DNA of 64,000 nucleotides, taken from assembly GCA_002633005.1 (NCBI GenBank), contig NMRA01000202.1, positions 455,667 to 519,666 of the forward strand. The letters run 5' to 3'. The DNA is from Phoronis australis (taxonomy: Eukaryota; Animalia; Phoronida). Of this stretch, positions 49,111 to 62,380 are shown piece after piece. Numbering within the stretch: position 1 is the stretch's first letter; every line of letters starts with the position of its first letter. Under the pieces are notes generated by a model. The model was not told the origin of the DNA and did not search any database. It saw nothing but the letters and a program-made list of their open reading frames with translations. A program made the translations under genes and the position numbers.

Positions 49111-50140
49111 ATGTAGATTCCTTTGAAGATTCTTACGCGCGAGAGTCATTTAAATAGAGTGATGATCTGAGTTGCTAGTTGGAATTTTGACGGAGACTGA
49201 TTCGATGATAATATGTCTAATGCAGTGATCTATGCCTGATTGCGACAGGTCAGTGACTCGTGTTGACTCATTTTTTTAGTCACACAAATTCATTGTCGGG
49301 TAATATGTCAAACAATTCAAACACAGCTGTATTATTATCGTACTGGCGGCGATAAAATCTCAATTTATAATTACTTTCTGCCATTTTTACGGGGAACTCA
49401 GATATGCAACTGGCACACCACGGGTTGTCATTGTTAGTCTAGCTTGTTGTTACTCCCTTGTAACTCACTGTCTGTGTATCATTGCTGTTTGTTGGGCCTA
49501 GCAAGGTGGCCACTGTTTTTTCTTCTGAGTATGGTGTTTTAATAAACGCCGAAACATGTCAAGATGATTTAAACCCATCGCTGTTTTCATTAACTCGGAC
49601 AATTAGTCTTGATATACAGCTCTCCTGACTGAGAAGATGAGCGATAGAACAAACTATATTATATTTCTGTAATCCACGTGAACTCCCATCCAACACATGC
49701 ACAACTATGAAATAATTTTGTTTGGTCATAATTTATACTGGAGCGTGTTATGAATGTTATGAATAAATTATACCATAGTCCGATCATCTTTACTGTGAGG
49801 CTACCTTGCAGCACGGAATTAGCAAATCTTTTAATAGTTCATCTTTTCATCTGTGTAAGTCGCAAATTGTAACAGTGATATAATCATTGAACGAAACGAA
49901 TTCTTAGTTACTAAGCTTTGCCTATATGGTTAGCTTTAGGGACGTTATAGGTAAGAAATGTATTATTCTGAGTTGATCCCCGGCGCAGAGTCTAACAGAA
50001 AGATATACATCTTATATTGGTAATATCACCGCCCTTGATTTCAGCAAACGTCTGACAGACAACAGCAAGAATTGCTTTATAGCTCTGGTCAAAAGCTAAT
50101 CAATTCAAAAGGTCTAGACCATCTAAAAGTTATTCCAAAA

Positions 50141-50894
50141 ATAGAGAATCCTACACGAGTCTCAGGTTTGTGACATGGGCGAAACCTCTTGGAAATTTCG
50201 TCAAAGTCCTGAGGCAATTAGTTTTCTCACATGAACCGTAAAAACGATCTTTTTTGCCGAAAAACTCGATGTATCTAAAACGTTCAACCACACGACGCAT
50301 CTTTTGTAAAACACGCTTGCGCAATGTAAAGTAATTCAGTTACATTTTGGTAATAGTTTTATTTTAAGCCTAACAATTGTAAGTTGCATTCAGCTTTCGT
50401 AGCAAATATTCAAGTTAGAATCTAGTAAATAGTCTTTGAAGTTGTAATATTAAAACTTAAAAAATGTTTATAAATAACAGTCAGCAAAGCTTCCCCGCGC
50501 GTGAGCACTGAATTGACCTTGGGACAGCACAGCTAGACAGTCTCGCCGCGTTTCTCGAGTTGGGGCTCGTCTCCGTTTGAATGAACGTGGATATAGAATT
50601 CGCCCCCAAAGATGTGGGTCCGTTTAAGAAGTTGTTTGCATGCCCTTCCGAGTGGGAGTACGTGCAGTTGCGAAACCCAATTTGTCAATTATAACCTTGT
50701 CACCTTCTCGGAATTCCGGCATTGTTTGGTTGGCGCGCGTTTGGTTGTTTCAGTGTTTTGCAGACAATAAAATGTAAGGCGTATGGATGTCTACTTTGCA
50801 CTACTTTGTGATTCGCCAATGCAATAATGAAGAAAAATTACGTACTCGGTTTATTAACCAGTCATGTCGTAACACATTCTAGGTCACGTGAGAA
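50141..50894 (+). mobile_element. Palindrome-headed element, family 2 copy with one hairpin arm deleted
   Basis: 50141-50330 is the reverse complement of 44595-44844 minus one arm; TTCTCACA (50224) is matched by CGTGAGAA (50887-50894). Confidence 0.6.
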
Positions 50895-51309
50895 ATACGT
50901 TTTTCGGCCATAAAATCTACCATATCCCTTCAAATGTCGTTTACGTTTAAAAATAACATTTTAAAACTTTCATTGTTGGGTGGCTGTGAAAAAAAACCTT
51001 CTTTAGAAAAACAGGTTCCGTCGTGAAAACAACGTTTTCTCGTACTCAGGAGATGTTTGCACGGTTATACGAAAAAAATGTGAGATGCTGTGTCCAAGAT
51101 GTGTGATTTCCATTTTCTTGATTCACTGAGAGATAATTTGATGCTAACAACAGCTTCTCTTACCGCGTGTTGTATTAAGTAGCTTTATAGAAAACAATAT
51201 GACTAAGTTTTGTGAAAAATGAATACAGTGTAGCATGTAAAGTAATAGCTCGCCTCGGTCTCTTTTCAATATTACATTCAGCTGATGGTATAGTCAGGAC
51301 AAAATATAT

Positions 51310-51738
51310 ATAAGTTATCCCGCATACATTGGAATACTACTGCCATAGTAGTATTCCTATGTAAGTGGGATAACCTATTTATCCCATATATATGGACTTA
51401 TTTGCGTCATCATGGCAATACCTTGTTGCCGTGTGATCCGGCTTGTTGTTATATGACGTCATATGTATGCCAAGTACGGTACCCAAGCAGGTTAAGTTTG
51501 CCAAAAGACTCGACACTGCCTTCCACCTGCATCAACAATTTTCCCTCTTCCTGATACTTCACGGTGAGACAGTAAGTGGGAAAGAAAAGCCCGTTTAAAC
51601 TTTTCAACTTGCCCTGAGAGTTCACAGCGTATAACCGAAAGTGATGAAAATATTCTAAACCGAACTTGGAATATAGCGAATTATACACTTTATGACGACG
51701 TAGTCACCAATGACGCAGTTGTTCTGATAGTGTGATAA
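51310..51738 (+). mobile_element. Palindrome-headed element, family 3
   Basis: Hairpin 51310-51378; core TGGGATAA-CCTAT-TTATCCCA (51366-51386); distal TGTGATAA (51731-51738). Confidence 0.55.
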
Positions 51739-54700
51739 ATGAGGCAAAACTGACCATAAATTGCCACTTTGTCTCATACACTTGATGTGGTTACCATGTC
51801 AACACTTTGTAATGTATGAAAAACTCGTTCAAAACAAAACGAACATTATGTTAGGTGTAATGAGTGTGACTTGAGGTTGTCTTACGGTCACGTGGCACTT
51901 AATCAACAAGTTCAATGCATTTAGCCAAATATCTCTACTGCTATGAATTTTTATAAGACAAATAGTGCAGGCGGTCTGATACTCGTTGCACCGGATGTAC
52001 ACCGGCCATTGCACTGCTCACGTGGAAACATGTTTATGCTTTATTTATTAGTTAAAACCCATTTGAGAAACTGGAGACCTGACTGCATAGGGGCAGGCTG
52101 GAAATCACAACCGTGAATGAAGGAAGCAAACTCGTATACCCCTACGCCACACTGCCTCCTCTGAGCTTTAACGGTGTAAAAGTATACTTTCTGAAACGGG
52201 AAACCCTGTAGATTTGGTCTTTTGACTTTATATTGATCTATTCTTTATCATGCCTTTAAAAATTTAGTAAATAAGAAAAAGTAGATTCTTCTCAAAACAA
52301 CGATGACAATAGCATGACCGAATTTCGTTCGCAATAAATGTTCACCACGAAATTTCAAAAGTGCTGTTAAGAGTTTTCTGAATCATCCTTTGAATATTTC
52401 GATTTACGCATAAAAACCCGAAAACCCCAATTTTGGTTGACTCTTGCGCAAAAGTGAAAGCCTTTTGGAGAGCAGTGCACAATATACAAAATCTTAAAGT
52501 TTCATTTGAATGCAACCAGCATGATCTGCCGAAGATAATTTCGATACTTGTCGGTGTTCATCCCCAGAATGTATTGCACTTACTGTAACTACTTCATTGT
52601 CACTCAACAATCGTACGAAATTATTTAGAAATATTTCACATAATGTTAATTTCAGTCACTGGTTGTTCAAGACTCCCTAAGCATCTTGCTTTTAAAAGGG
52701 GTGCATGATTAATGTGAGTTCGTGTTTCTTGACAAATAGTCAATTTCGCAAACACACAATCACAATGCTTACGCGCTGGTTATCTTTAAAATTCAAAGGC
52801 AGTGTACTGTATTCACAAAACATAACTATGCCTTACTTTTCTAGTTTTCTCCGTTTCTTTTTCTAACTGGCCAAATGCAGATTTCTTGCAAACGTAACAC
52901 GTTGGAAATGAATGTGGACTGCAGGCACGTTGCAGTATTATTTGGTGGACTCGATTTTGGCGAATAAGGCCTCTAGAATTCAAGACAAACCGATTTTTGT
53001 ATTTTAAACATCGAACGGATCAGAATGTTTGGTCTAGGTATAAAAATTTTACCAGACCCGTGTGTCTTTGCGTTCTCGAACCATGTGTTTTCGCTTATGA
53101 TAGAGTCTAGACTTAAAGATGTATTTTCATGCTCCTAACTATGTAATGTAGCAGGAACTAAATGACGATGTTATTTGAACATCAACTACTCTACACAAAG
53201 TGCAGTTGCATTCACTGACAACTAGTAAATGTGAAAACAAAAAAAATATGCAAATAGGTGACATTTGCACGAAAGACGTACCTTGGGGGCTCACATAACC
53301 CGCACATCATGCAGTGTTATTCCCCAGCACCACGTCACGATACGTACTGGACAGGGTTGAGTGATTTACGGCGGATCATTTTCAACACAAAACTCGTTCT
53401 TAAAAACATTTGGCAACTTTCAACGTACCTCACATTCACATTGTCGCTACATGTTGTGTTTCTAACTAATTTGACCAAGCAATCACAGAGATAAGGAATT
53501 AGCGTGCAAGTTCCACTATAATTCACTCAGTCAGGCGTTCTTCATTCGCTCAATTCACTTCCCATCAACAATTATCTGACTGGACTTTAACCTGTAGTCA
53601 CTTGAGAAGCTTTTTGAGAAAACCGGCAAACGTGGGCTGAGGAAAATCAAAGGTTCAAAGCTTCTCGACCATGCAGTTGTGACGGGGATATCAGCCATTA
53701 CTAAAATGATATAATGAAATCAAAAAATATGTATGCCGGATTCCTAGACCACCTCCAAAACTGTGCGTATTTGGATGGGGAACGGGAAAAGTGGTTTATT
53801 TTAAACAACTCCTCAGTAAAGACAGTAGCAAGCAGTTTTATCAAACGTATGGTCATGTATCACAATTAGACAGACGAAACAGTTCCAGTCATAAGATGCG
53901 TGGAAATTATGGAATTAAAATTTCATAAAATTAATCCAAAGTTAAATCCGGTAGACAGCTACTACTTTTTTATGTCGCTCATTTGATTTCCTTCACAATG
54001 ATGATATCCCCAGTGTCCCGTTTGCTTACATGGGACCGAGCGACACAAGATCGATCACTGCCACCTAGCGAAAGAAGCCGTTCTGCGGTACAACGAGCAT
54101 AAAGCGATTCTTTACTCAACCATGTCACGCACGCTAATTCTCGTTTTCAGAGATGGAAGTAGATCAGCCAACATTATCGCAATCTGCAGGTTTTCTTAAA
54201 AAGCGTCTCTTAAAAGATATTTCGTCACAAACTACAGGTAATTGCACTATACCAGCATCCCGTAAAAAACCCTGTCATTTAGGCCACTTGCCGCTATGAA
54301 ATTGGGCTCATCTAGTTCCATGCTCAGATGAAAAGTGGTGTGTGAGCTTGGATAGAAATGGCGAGTCAATTAGTTACCTCAAAGAATAAGGAAGTTCGAC
54401 TTCCTTCCAATCCCCGAAACGGCCTCTTGTTTGTGTAAGACCAATTTCATAGGACTACATTAAAAGTTATTTCCTTCCGGAGGATTTAAACCAGTTTTAA
54501 ATGCATCTGCACAATGCATGAAAAGTAGGTTGCGATTTTGAATAATTTGCATTTTTACACTTCACATGGAGATTTCCTAGTAGCAGTCGGTAAATGATGA
54601 GAAAAACAAGCATTTATATGGCGCACTTTATGCGTGTAATAAGCAAATCAGTATAATTAAAATACGAACAGCATAATGCAATTAAAGGTAAAGGCGCTGC

Positions 54701-54980
54701 CTTTTGGCAACAGCCGAACTGGTGATCATCCAGCTTCTTAGGAAGCAAGACTGTTATCGAAATAACACAAGTAATACTTGAATGCTTTAATTCCCGTAAC
54801 CAGTTAAACCCTGTTACTAAATGACGTCACAATGAATAATACCGTACTTCCGAAATTTAGCTTAACGTGACCTTAAAAATTACACCTTCTTATCATCGTT
54901 GCACAATTCTACTGGTGTTTGTAAATTGCACGAAATAATTTCTAGACGTCTTTGTCAATCAAGAATTCAAACCTTTCAGT

Positions 54981-55727
54981 CTATGAAATCGAGCAGTCGT
55001 TTTTCGTAGGATCCGGTGCATCTTTTAGCTTTGCCTCTGACTTTTTGCGTCGGATAACACTCCGGCTTCTGCTCATGGAAGGCGGCGAATCGTTGGAATT
55101 GAAATCTAAAAACGAGACTGGGCTTGGAAGTGCAAAAGCGCTCATTCGACGAGAAGTTTTCACAGATTTTTTTCTCGCAGGAACAGCAGAATCGTCCGAA
55201 ATGACGGTTGGCAACTTTGCAAGTTCGATCAGTTTTTTAAAGATTTCTTTAATATTTTTATCTTCCTTCGCCGACACTACGAAATGAGCGCCGAGCAGAC
55301 TCTCACTTTCCAGCCAGTCTGAGACGTCGTCCATGTCGACGGTAAGGTCTTCTACGTCGCACTTATTGCCGACCACCACACAGGGAATAGTGTCATAAGC
55401 AGGTCTCTGTTCTTTGATCTGTTCACGCAATTGTTGAACTTCCTGGAACGAGCTCCAGTCGTCGAGCGAATACACCAAGAGAAAACCCTGCGCAGTCGAT
55501 ATGCTCAAGCGCCTCATAGCGGGGAATGTGTAATTTCCAGCCGTATCCAGGAAGTCAACATAGATGCGCACTCCTCGGATATCGTACTCTCTGCAGTGCA
55601 AATCTTCTATCGTTTCTCGATAGGAGGTTTTAAATGTTCCGTTGAGAAATCTGGATAAAATGCATGTTTTCCCTACTTTTCCCGAGCCCAGAATCACAAC
55701 TCGTTGTCTATCGTCGTCTTCTGCCAT
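54981..55727 (-). CDS. Ras-family small GTPase of the RASD (Dexras1/Rhes)/Di-Ras group, 248 aa
   Basis: G1 GSGKVGKT, G2 YRETIED, G3 DTAGN followed by FPAMRRLSI, G4 NKCD, G5 SAK, basic tail, CAAX box CSIS*. Intronless CDS; 5' UTR acceptor at 55943 and upstream donor at 56884. Confidence 0.95.
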   Translation of the reverse strand: MAEDDDRQRVVILGSGKVGKTCILSRFLNGTFKTSYRETIEDLHCREYDIRGVRIYVDFLDTAGNYTFPAMRRLSISTAQGFLLVYSLDDWSSFQEVQQLREQIKEQRPAYDTIPCVVVGNKCDVEDLTVDMDDVSDWLESESLLGAHFVVSAKEDKNIKEIFKKLIELAKLPTVISDDSAVPARKKSVKTSRRMSAFALPSPVSFLDFNSNDSPPSMSRSRSVIRRKKSEAKLKDAPDPTKNDCSIS

Positions 55728-57954
55728 TGTCTCTGCTTTAACAAGCGATGTCGTTTGCTATTACAACTCAATGAGTCACACTTGCAACAATTATCATCTG
55801 CATCTAATTGGTGCCTTATCTAGCAACAAATAACTGAGCTCGATCCAACCTCCGCCACAATCATTTGTGTCCTTTTCAATCAGATCATTGGATGAAGCCC
55901 CGCACTTGACGACTGCCCGGTATCAGTTTGCCTTTGATGTGCCTGAAACAAGATAACAATAATTTTATTGGTCTACTCAATAAATATTCTCCGACAAAAA
56001 TGATATCGAGGGAACACAGTGCAGCTTGTTGGCTGACACTCGAAGATTTAATCTCTCTGTGTTAGTTATTGATTTAAGACTTGCCTCTTCTACGGGCTGT
56101 TTCCTCTAGAAAATGGCAAGGCGTCTGCTTGACGTTTTCTCCTTTATGGACTCGTCTGAAGTATTAATAAAAATATCTAAGCAACAAAAGTGTGGAGGTC
56201 ATAAATTTTATCTTGTTCATGTCGTTCAAAACATCCTCTTTATTAGCCACTCACTGTAGATACGCGTACATGGTTCCGTACATTTATTCGTTTCAAGGCA
56301 ATACTATTCCCATACGTGACTATTTCTGGAACAAGCGTCATTCACTCACCAGTTGCACTCATTTGGACTTGTAGTTAGTTTCGAATCTGTTTATCATGAC
56401 AAAAACGTCACCTCGTTAATTTGCCTCAACGCAATTTCATATTACATAATTTTAAGTGCAACGAAAATGTGAAAGTTCAACCGCGCGTTCAATTTTTATG
56501 AAAGTCTTTCGGAATTTTTCCAAGGAAACGTACTTTGATGTCGAACCTCTTCGAAATTGGAAGTAGACAAAAATTCTGCGACATCACATGATAACGTACT
56601 GTCAAAGATCCGGTACTAGATGATGCGAAATCCAACCACCGGAAAATTGTTAAAATCTGTTTCAATTCTAAGAAAAAGCAACATGATCAATGTCTTGTTA
56701 AGAGTAGTCTGACTTAAGATATACATTTGTTCGATATTTTAGTAAGCACTTGATTGAAGCGACCTGAGCATTTCATTAGGTAAGTGTTCCCAGAAGAATA
56801 CTTGAATTGAAAACACTCAAAAAGGTTCCAGGATATTAATGTATGATGAAGAACCATGGCCTGGAAATTCGAGAAGCCTTGTACCTGTTTGTGGAATGAC
56901 TAGAAAGTCGTAGAATGAGCTTGAATTGCCGAAAATCTCCCGAACATTGAAACAGACGTGCTGTAAATACTCAAGCGCTGATACGATACTCGGTTAACAA
57001 ACCAGTCAACAGTCATTAGTGAGTCAGCTGATGAGTGAGCAAGTAACTCGGTGACAGTTCATCACAATTTGAGGCGTCGCACTATATGTGACAGGGACAT
57101 CTGGTCAGATTTTTACGCAGGACGACGGTAACAAGTAGAGCTCTCGCCAGTAGTCAATTGCAGGAAACATGGTGTGATGAAGTGATTGTTGGAGTTAGCT
57201 ACTCAGTTATAAGACCAGGCCACAACTAAGGTAGCTAATGACCAGCGAGCCGGATGGGCCAGCGAAGGCCCATAGGCAGTTTGTAGACATTCAGCAACGT
57301 CATATGTTTGTATTGTTGTTTTGCCGTGAGTCTAGCCTCTCGACTTCCGTCATTGAGTCAGTTTTGGTTGCGTCATAGAATCAAGCTCTGATCTAACCTT
57401 GTGTTTTAATTATTAGCGTGGTGCCACCATCTTTTTGATCCCACGTATTATCTCTAATACACTTGAGATATTACATGCACCTAAACACATTTCGAGCGCT
57501 TAACGCGCACTTCGACTGGTTGTTCAACCCGGCCAGAACTCAACGACAAACGTCCGTGCGCTCAAATAATGGCCATTTACGAAGAGTGAGAAGACCTTTG
57601 AAAGTTTGCGCAATAACCTTATCTACAGTCAGCTTTGATGCCAAATTTTCCAAATTCTTGACTACAACCTGGCTTCGTCATAGCGCTACCACACCGCTTC
57701 GAGGACTGCTCGACGACGACGACGGAGACATCCCGGAGCCCCGTCGCCTGAATGTTTGGCCTCTCGGCTTTCGACAAATGTATACTACACGAGTTGCGTT
57801 ATCTAATAAAGTCATTAGTTAACCTTGTATTTTAATTATTGACGCATGCTGAGGCTCGAGTCACGGAAGAGCGACGCTGAGGTCGAGAAAAGAAGTCGAG
57901 CCCACGTGGCTGCGGCAGAAGAAAGAAGGCAAGCCCGTGAGACTGCGTAGCGTG

Positions 57955-58470
57955 TTCATGAGACGGCAACTCCTAGCCTAACATTTGGCGTTTTCTTACC
58001 CTAACACCTAAGCAAGTCGAATCCAGACTCTGACTAACCCGTCCTAGTCGATTCACAAATTAATAGCCGTTGCTTAGCCGCGATGTTGAAGAAAACCTAC
58101 TAGCTAATTTCTCTTATAGGGCAACGATTTTAAAGATTCAAAAACGGCTACTGTTTACTTTCAATTTTAAAAACTGTTGTGTTGGTCGTTTGCCTTACTC
58201 ATTGTTCTTTTTGCGTGTTGGTTTACGGTCGCAATTATTTCATCCAACAGTTCAGCCAAGCACATGAATAGCGACTAACTAACTTCAATCCGTGACGGCC
58301 CCATCAAGACTGTGATGACCCGAGGACCGATGGACACTCCTAATTAAGTGGCTGAGGTAAACAGTGCACGCTTTCTGGTTCAATGGCATGCAAATCCTGT
58401 CAGCGTAAGACATGATAAAGGTTTGGAACTTTCATGAAGACGACAGGGTCTTGGCAGCACTACAAGCTGG
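57955..58470. repeat. Old dispersed repeat, paralogous to 22890-23400
   Basis: Collinear similarity over ~500 bp. Confidence 0.7.
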
Positions 58471-59180
58471 GCACGCTAATGTTTAGTGTAACCCCGTGCG
58501 AACATCTGCTCAAGTTTGACGGAAGGCAGGGCGACATGGAAAAATTTCTGTAAAGGTACCAAATGTTCTTAAACACTTACGATTGGAGACAGAGTGAATG
58601 GACAATTAGTCTTAGTTACCCTACCTATAGGAATACAGCAGAACTCAAGTCCTGAAATACCAACTCCTGCACGTGACCAATGTATTCTATTATTAGAGTT
58701 TGCGACCGCGAGACTACTTCGGGGGTTGCACTGAGAATTTCCGGCTGCCTGCTCGACTGAGTTTTGATCGAGAGTTGTAGTTATCAAATCAAGGCTAATT
58801 TCATTGTTTCGTTTCTATTTTGTTATTATTGTTCGTCAAGCGAGACTCGATTTCTCGGCAAAATTAGTCAACAAACCCGGCAAGTACACTGATCATTCTT
58901 CTATTATGCACCGACCTGTGGCCATGGGTGGATGCCGGGAGTAGTTTGGCCTCTGACATCTTTTCAGCTCCAGTCGTAAAACCACTTTCGAGAACCTATC
59001 ATACTACATGACAGGCTTTTTTCAACAAGACATTTTTGGGTGTTAAAATCATGTTGCAGTATAATGTATTTTACGGAAAGCAGTTACATTTGACCTACCG
59101 GTAAATGAAAAGTTTATTCCCCAGTTGTGTAAACTTACGTAACTTTCGTAAAATTACTCAGAATTGTTTTGCTACAGTAA

Positions 59181-59279
59181 GTGTGTGTGTGTATGTGTGT
59201 GTGTGCGTGTGTGTGTGTGTGTGTGCGTGTGTGTGTGTNNNNNNNNNNNNNNNGTGTGTGTGTATGTATGTGTGTGTGT
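59181..59279. repeat. (GT)n microsatellite spanning a 15-N gap
   Basis: Direct reading; N at 59239-59253. Confidence 0.97.
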
Positions 59280-59399
59280 AGCTGTTGCCCAGATGCCGTT
59301 TTTTGTTAATTCGATGTCTGAGTATTTACCTACACGTATACCCGTAAATTAAAATTTTACATTGTGAAAAGTTGACCTTGTAAAAGAACCAATACTTCA

Positions 59400-59900
59400 T
59401 GTTGCTGACCGGGCACAGTGTATTTGACAACTCTTGGCGGACTGTCCCACTTTTTTCTGCCATTCCGCTACACCATTTAAATGTCCCGCTTTTTGACAAA
59501 GGATCAAATTTCACTATTGCAATTTCCCACGCGACATAGCCAAATTTTCCCGCTAGATTAAAAAGAAAAAACGTGACGTTTCATGTTTTTTGCGGCACTC
59601 GTAATTTCCCATCAAACTATAAAAACAACAACAAAAACGCTGTCCGACTTTTTTGGGTGTTACATCTCCCGTTCGATAAAAAACGCTGCAGCAAACTTTT
59701 CACCCTTATGTTTTGGCATAGACCCAGATGTCCCTCTTTTTATGCGAAGTCCCGCTTTTCAATCCACTTGTTCATTTTTTTCATTCTCGAATGCTGACCG
59801 TGACACTATGCACCATTTGTTCAAAACAAAGTTGTGTCTTTTTGTGAACATTGTTATTTTCCAGAGTCCACTTTTTTGTAACATAGCAATCGTAAAAATG
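59400..59900. repeat. Cluster of GTCCC(G/A)CTTTT motifs, probably the subterminal repeats of a decayed hAT-like MITE
   Basis: Motif variants near 59443, 59482, 59641, 59729, 59749 and 59866. Confidence 0.45.
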
Positions 59901-60719
59901 TATTCTAATGTGTGTTGTTCACGGTAACATACACTACATGTATCGGGATCACTATTTTTTACTTTCTGAGGAAAGAATTTATTTCTACCCTTTTATGGAA
60001 AGTCCTATACTGCAACCAATGTGATGAGCTATTCACAGTACCTTTGAAAGCCACGTGACAGATGTTTGGCCAATTTTTATCTATTAGAAAACCTTTATCT
60101 GCAAATTTCGGATAGATAGCTTAACACAACAGAAGTAACGGAAATAATCTTCGGTAAACCACCAAAAAAACAAGAAAGTAATCCAGGTGGATGAACAGCA
60201 ACAACGCGATATATACAAAAATAATCTCTGTAAAGAAAAAGGTGCAAAACCGACGCTAAGACGGAAAATCACGCGCTGGCGCGAGACCTCTCTACGCCCT
60301 CTCATGGGATCTTGGAGTACTATTTAGCCAATAGTGAAGAGAACATATATATTTTTGGATGAATACCTGACTAAATTATTCGCAGCAAATGCGAGTGATT
60401 TTTAAACCAGTCAAGTATGCGATATGATAATTACTTCAGAATTAAATTATTATCTTTTTCTTCTGGTGTTATCATCAAGAACTGACAAAAGAATTTCTAA
60501 TGATTTGGCTCTTATGCAATTCGGTCGAACGGCGAAGTTGCGAGAAGTTTTAATGACACCGAATGGCCCAAATCATTCCGTGCCTGATTTACTTTTACGA
60601 CGATTTAGTATGTATTTTGTTGTTTTTGCACCACTTTCCAAAAACATCGTAATTATTAGCTTTCGACGAGTATTCTCGGATGAGCTAAAACTCAATGGAA
60701 AGTTAACCATTGTTTGGTC

Positions 60720-61897
60720 TCTGATGGAGCCAGCGATCACAAAAACATGAACTACATACATGGTGAAACTGAGGTGGATGCTGACCTTGGACTCTCCGGT
60801 GACTCCAATTGTATGGCCTTGAGTCACCAGAGTGGTAGCTCGCGACGCTTCTCATTAAAATAAGCATTTAAAACTGATGGCGAAGGGGCAGAGAAGGAAA
60901 ATGCCAACGGTATGGCATCCTTCTTCACACCATGTTGAGAAGGTGTCTTTATCATCTCTTCGTACACGTCGGTTTCGTAATCCGACGGTAAGAAGTGTTT
61001 GTCGCACACACGATAGATGTGCACTGATGTAGCCGTGAGTTCCTTCGCAGCGCCCTCAAGCGGTGACAAAGGCAGTGACATGACACGAGAAATTTCTGGT
61101 GTGGACGCCACTGTGCATGCCCAAGTTAATCGTCCGATGCAAACAACAATCACGTGCCGGATTTTGAACGTTTACACTGGACAGGGGAGTAATATTCCTT
61201 GCCAAACAACATCTTCGTTGAATGGACCGATTCAGTGCAAGACACAATGGGTTCCAACAGGATTCAGCAGGCGCGCATGCATTAGTGCAAGTTCAGAATC
61301 AACGTTTTCCTATTTCCTGCAGAGAGTAAAACACCGACAAGTTTCGCGTCCATCAACACACCTTTTTACGCAAGGGTAAAATAAATTATAGGAACTATAA
61401 TTTTATAGTAGTGGAATGATTCAGTGAGAGACTGTATTGGATTTGATCTTGATAGTGCATTTGGCTGAAACAAACCATTTTGGATAAGGTACTTCAGTCT
61501 TGTTGTGAATAGAAAACGCTGCATTCTTGACATGAACAAGACAACACCGACGGACGTTGCAGCCCACTGCATATTAGTAAAAATAGAAACCTCACGATAT
61601 TTTCATGCCGGTGAGCATGCTACAGCTCTCAGGCATACTGAATGAGACTCAAAGAAAAACAAATAACAGCCTAACTTGTAACAAGCTTACTTAATGATGC
61701 ACCTGATGTCATGCACAGTCTTAAGTACATGTCAACAAAAGACGATAGAGAATGGTTCGGCCGCGAACGTCACTTCAGGGACGACGCATGCATAATTAAT
61801 TAGAAACCGGGAGCATTCGGTTGGCTTGAGTTTTTTACCTGTAGTTTAACCAGAAAATCTTAATAGCCAAAATGAAACTAAAAACAGTTGCCTTCCC
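60720..61897 (-). mobile_element. Older Kolobok-like THAP element copy on the minus strand
   Basis: End AAAAACAGTTGCCTTCCC|TTAA (61880-61901), ATG at 61636, fragments RRCCLVHVKNAA (~61550) and YRVCDKHFLPSDYETDVYEEM...VKKDAIP (61017-60905). Left boundary is uncertain. Confidence 0.65.
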
Positions 61898-62380
61898 TTA
61901 AAAAAATTCGTCAGGTATCCATTTCCGGCTCAAAACATACCTTTGATTGTTTGACGTTGGGAGCACTCATTAAACAGCTCCCCGTGTTACCTACATTTTT
62001 TTTAAATCAATGGAAGTGAGCTTGCATATTCGAATCAAAATTTCACTGGGTTGTAAGTGTACGCTGAAGTTGAATTGAAATTATAGTTTACCCAGAAGGG
62101 CAGAAGCTGCTAACATTTTCGATATCGAACACAACAATTACATAAGGAACCAGTAGTTGGAAACTGAATTGGAAGCCATGTTTTAACGTAACTTTTGACA
62201 GAATATTATTCGCAGTGGGTTGTTTTGCTTCAAACTACGTTGATTAAGTAAAACTACATGTACGCGTTTATTAAATAAAGTGCGCACAACGAGGATCGTT
62301 TAACAACTAAAAGTAGGCGTTGATTAAGCAAAAGTACGTGTTGATAAAGCGAAGCTACGCGCAGGAAGGTTCTCGTTTAA

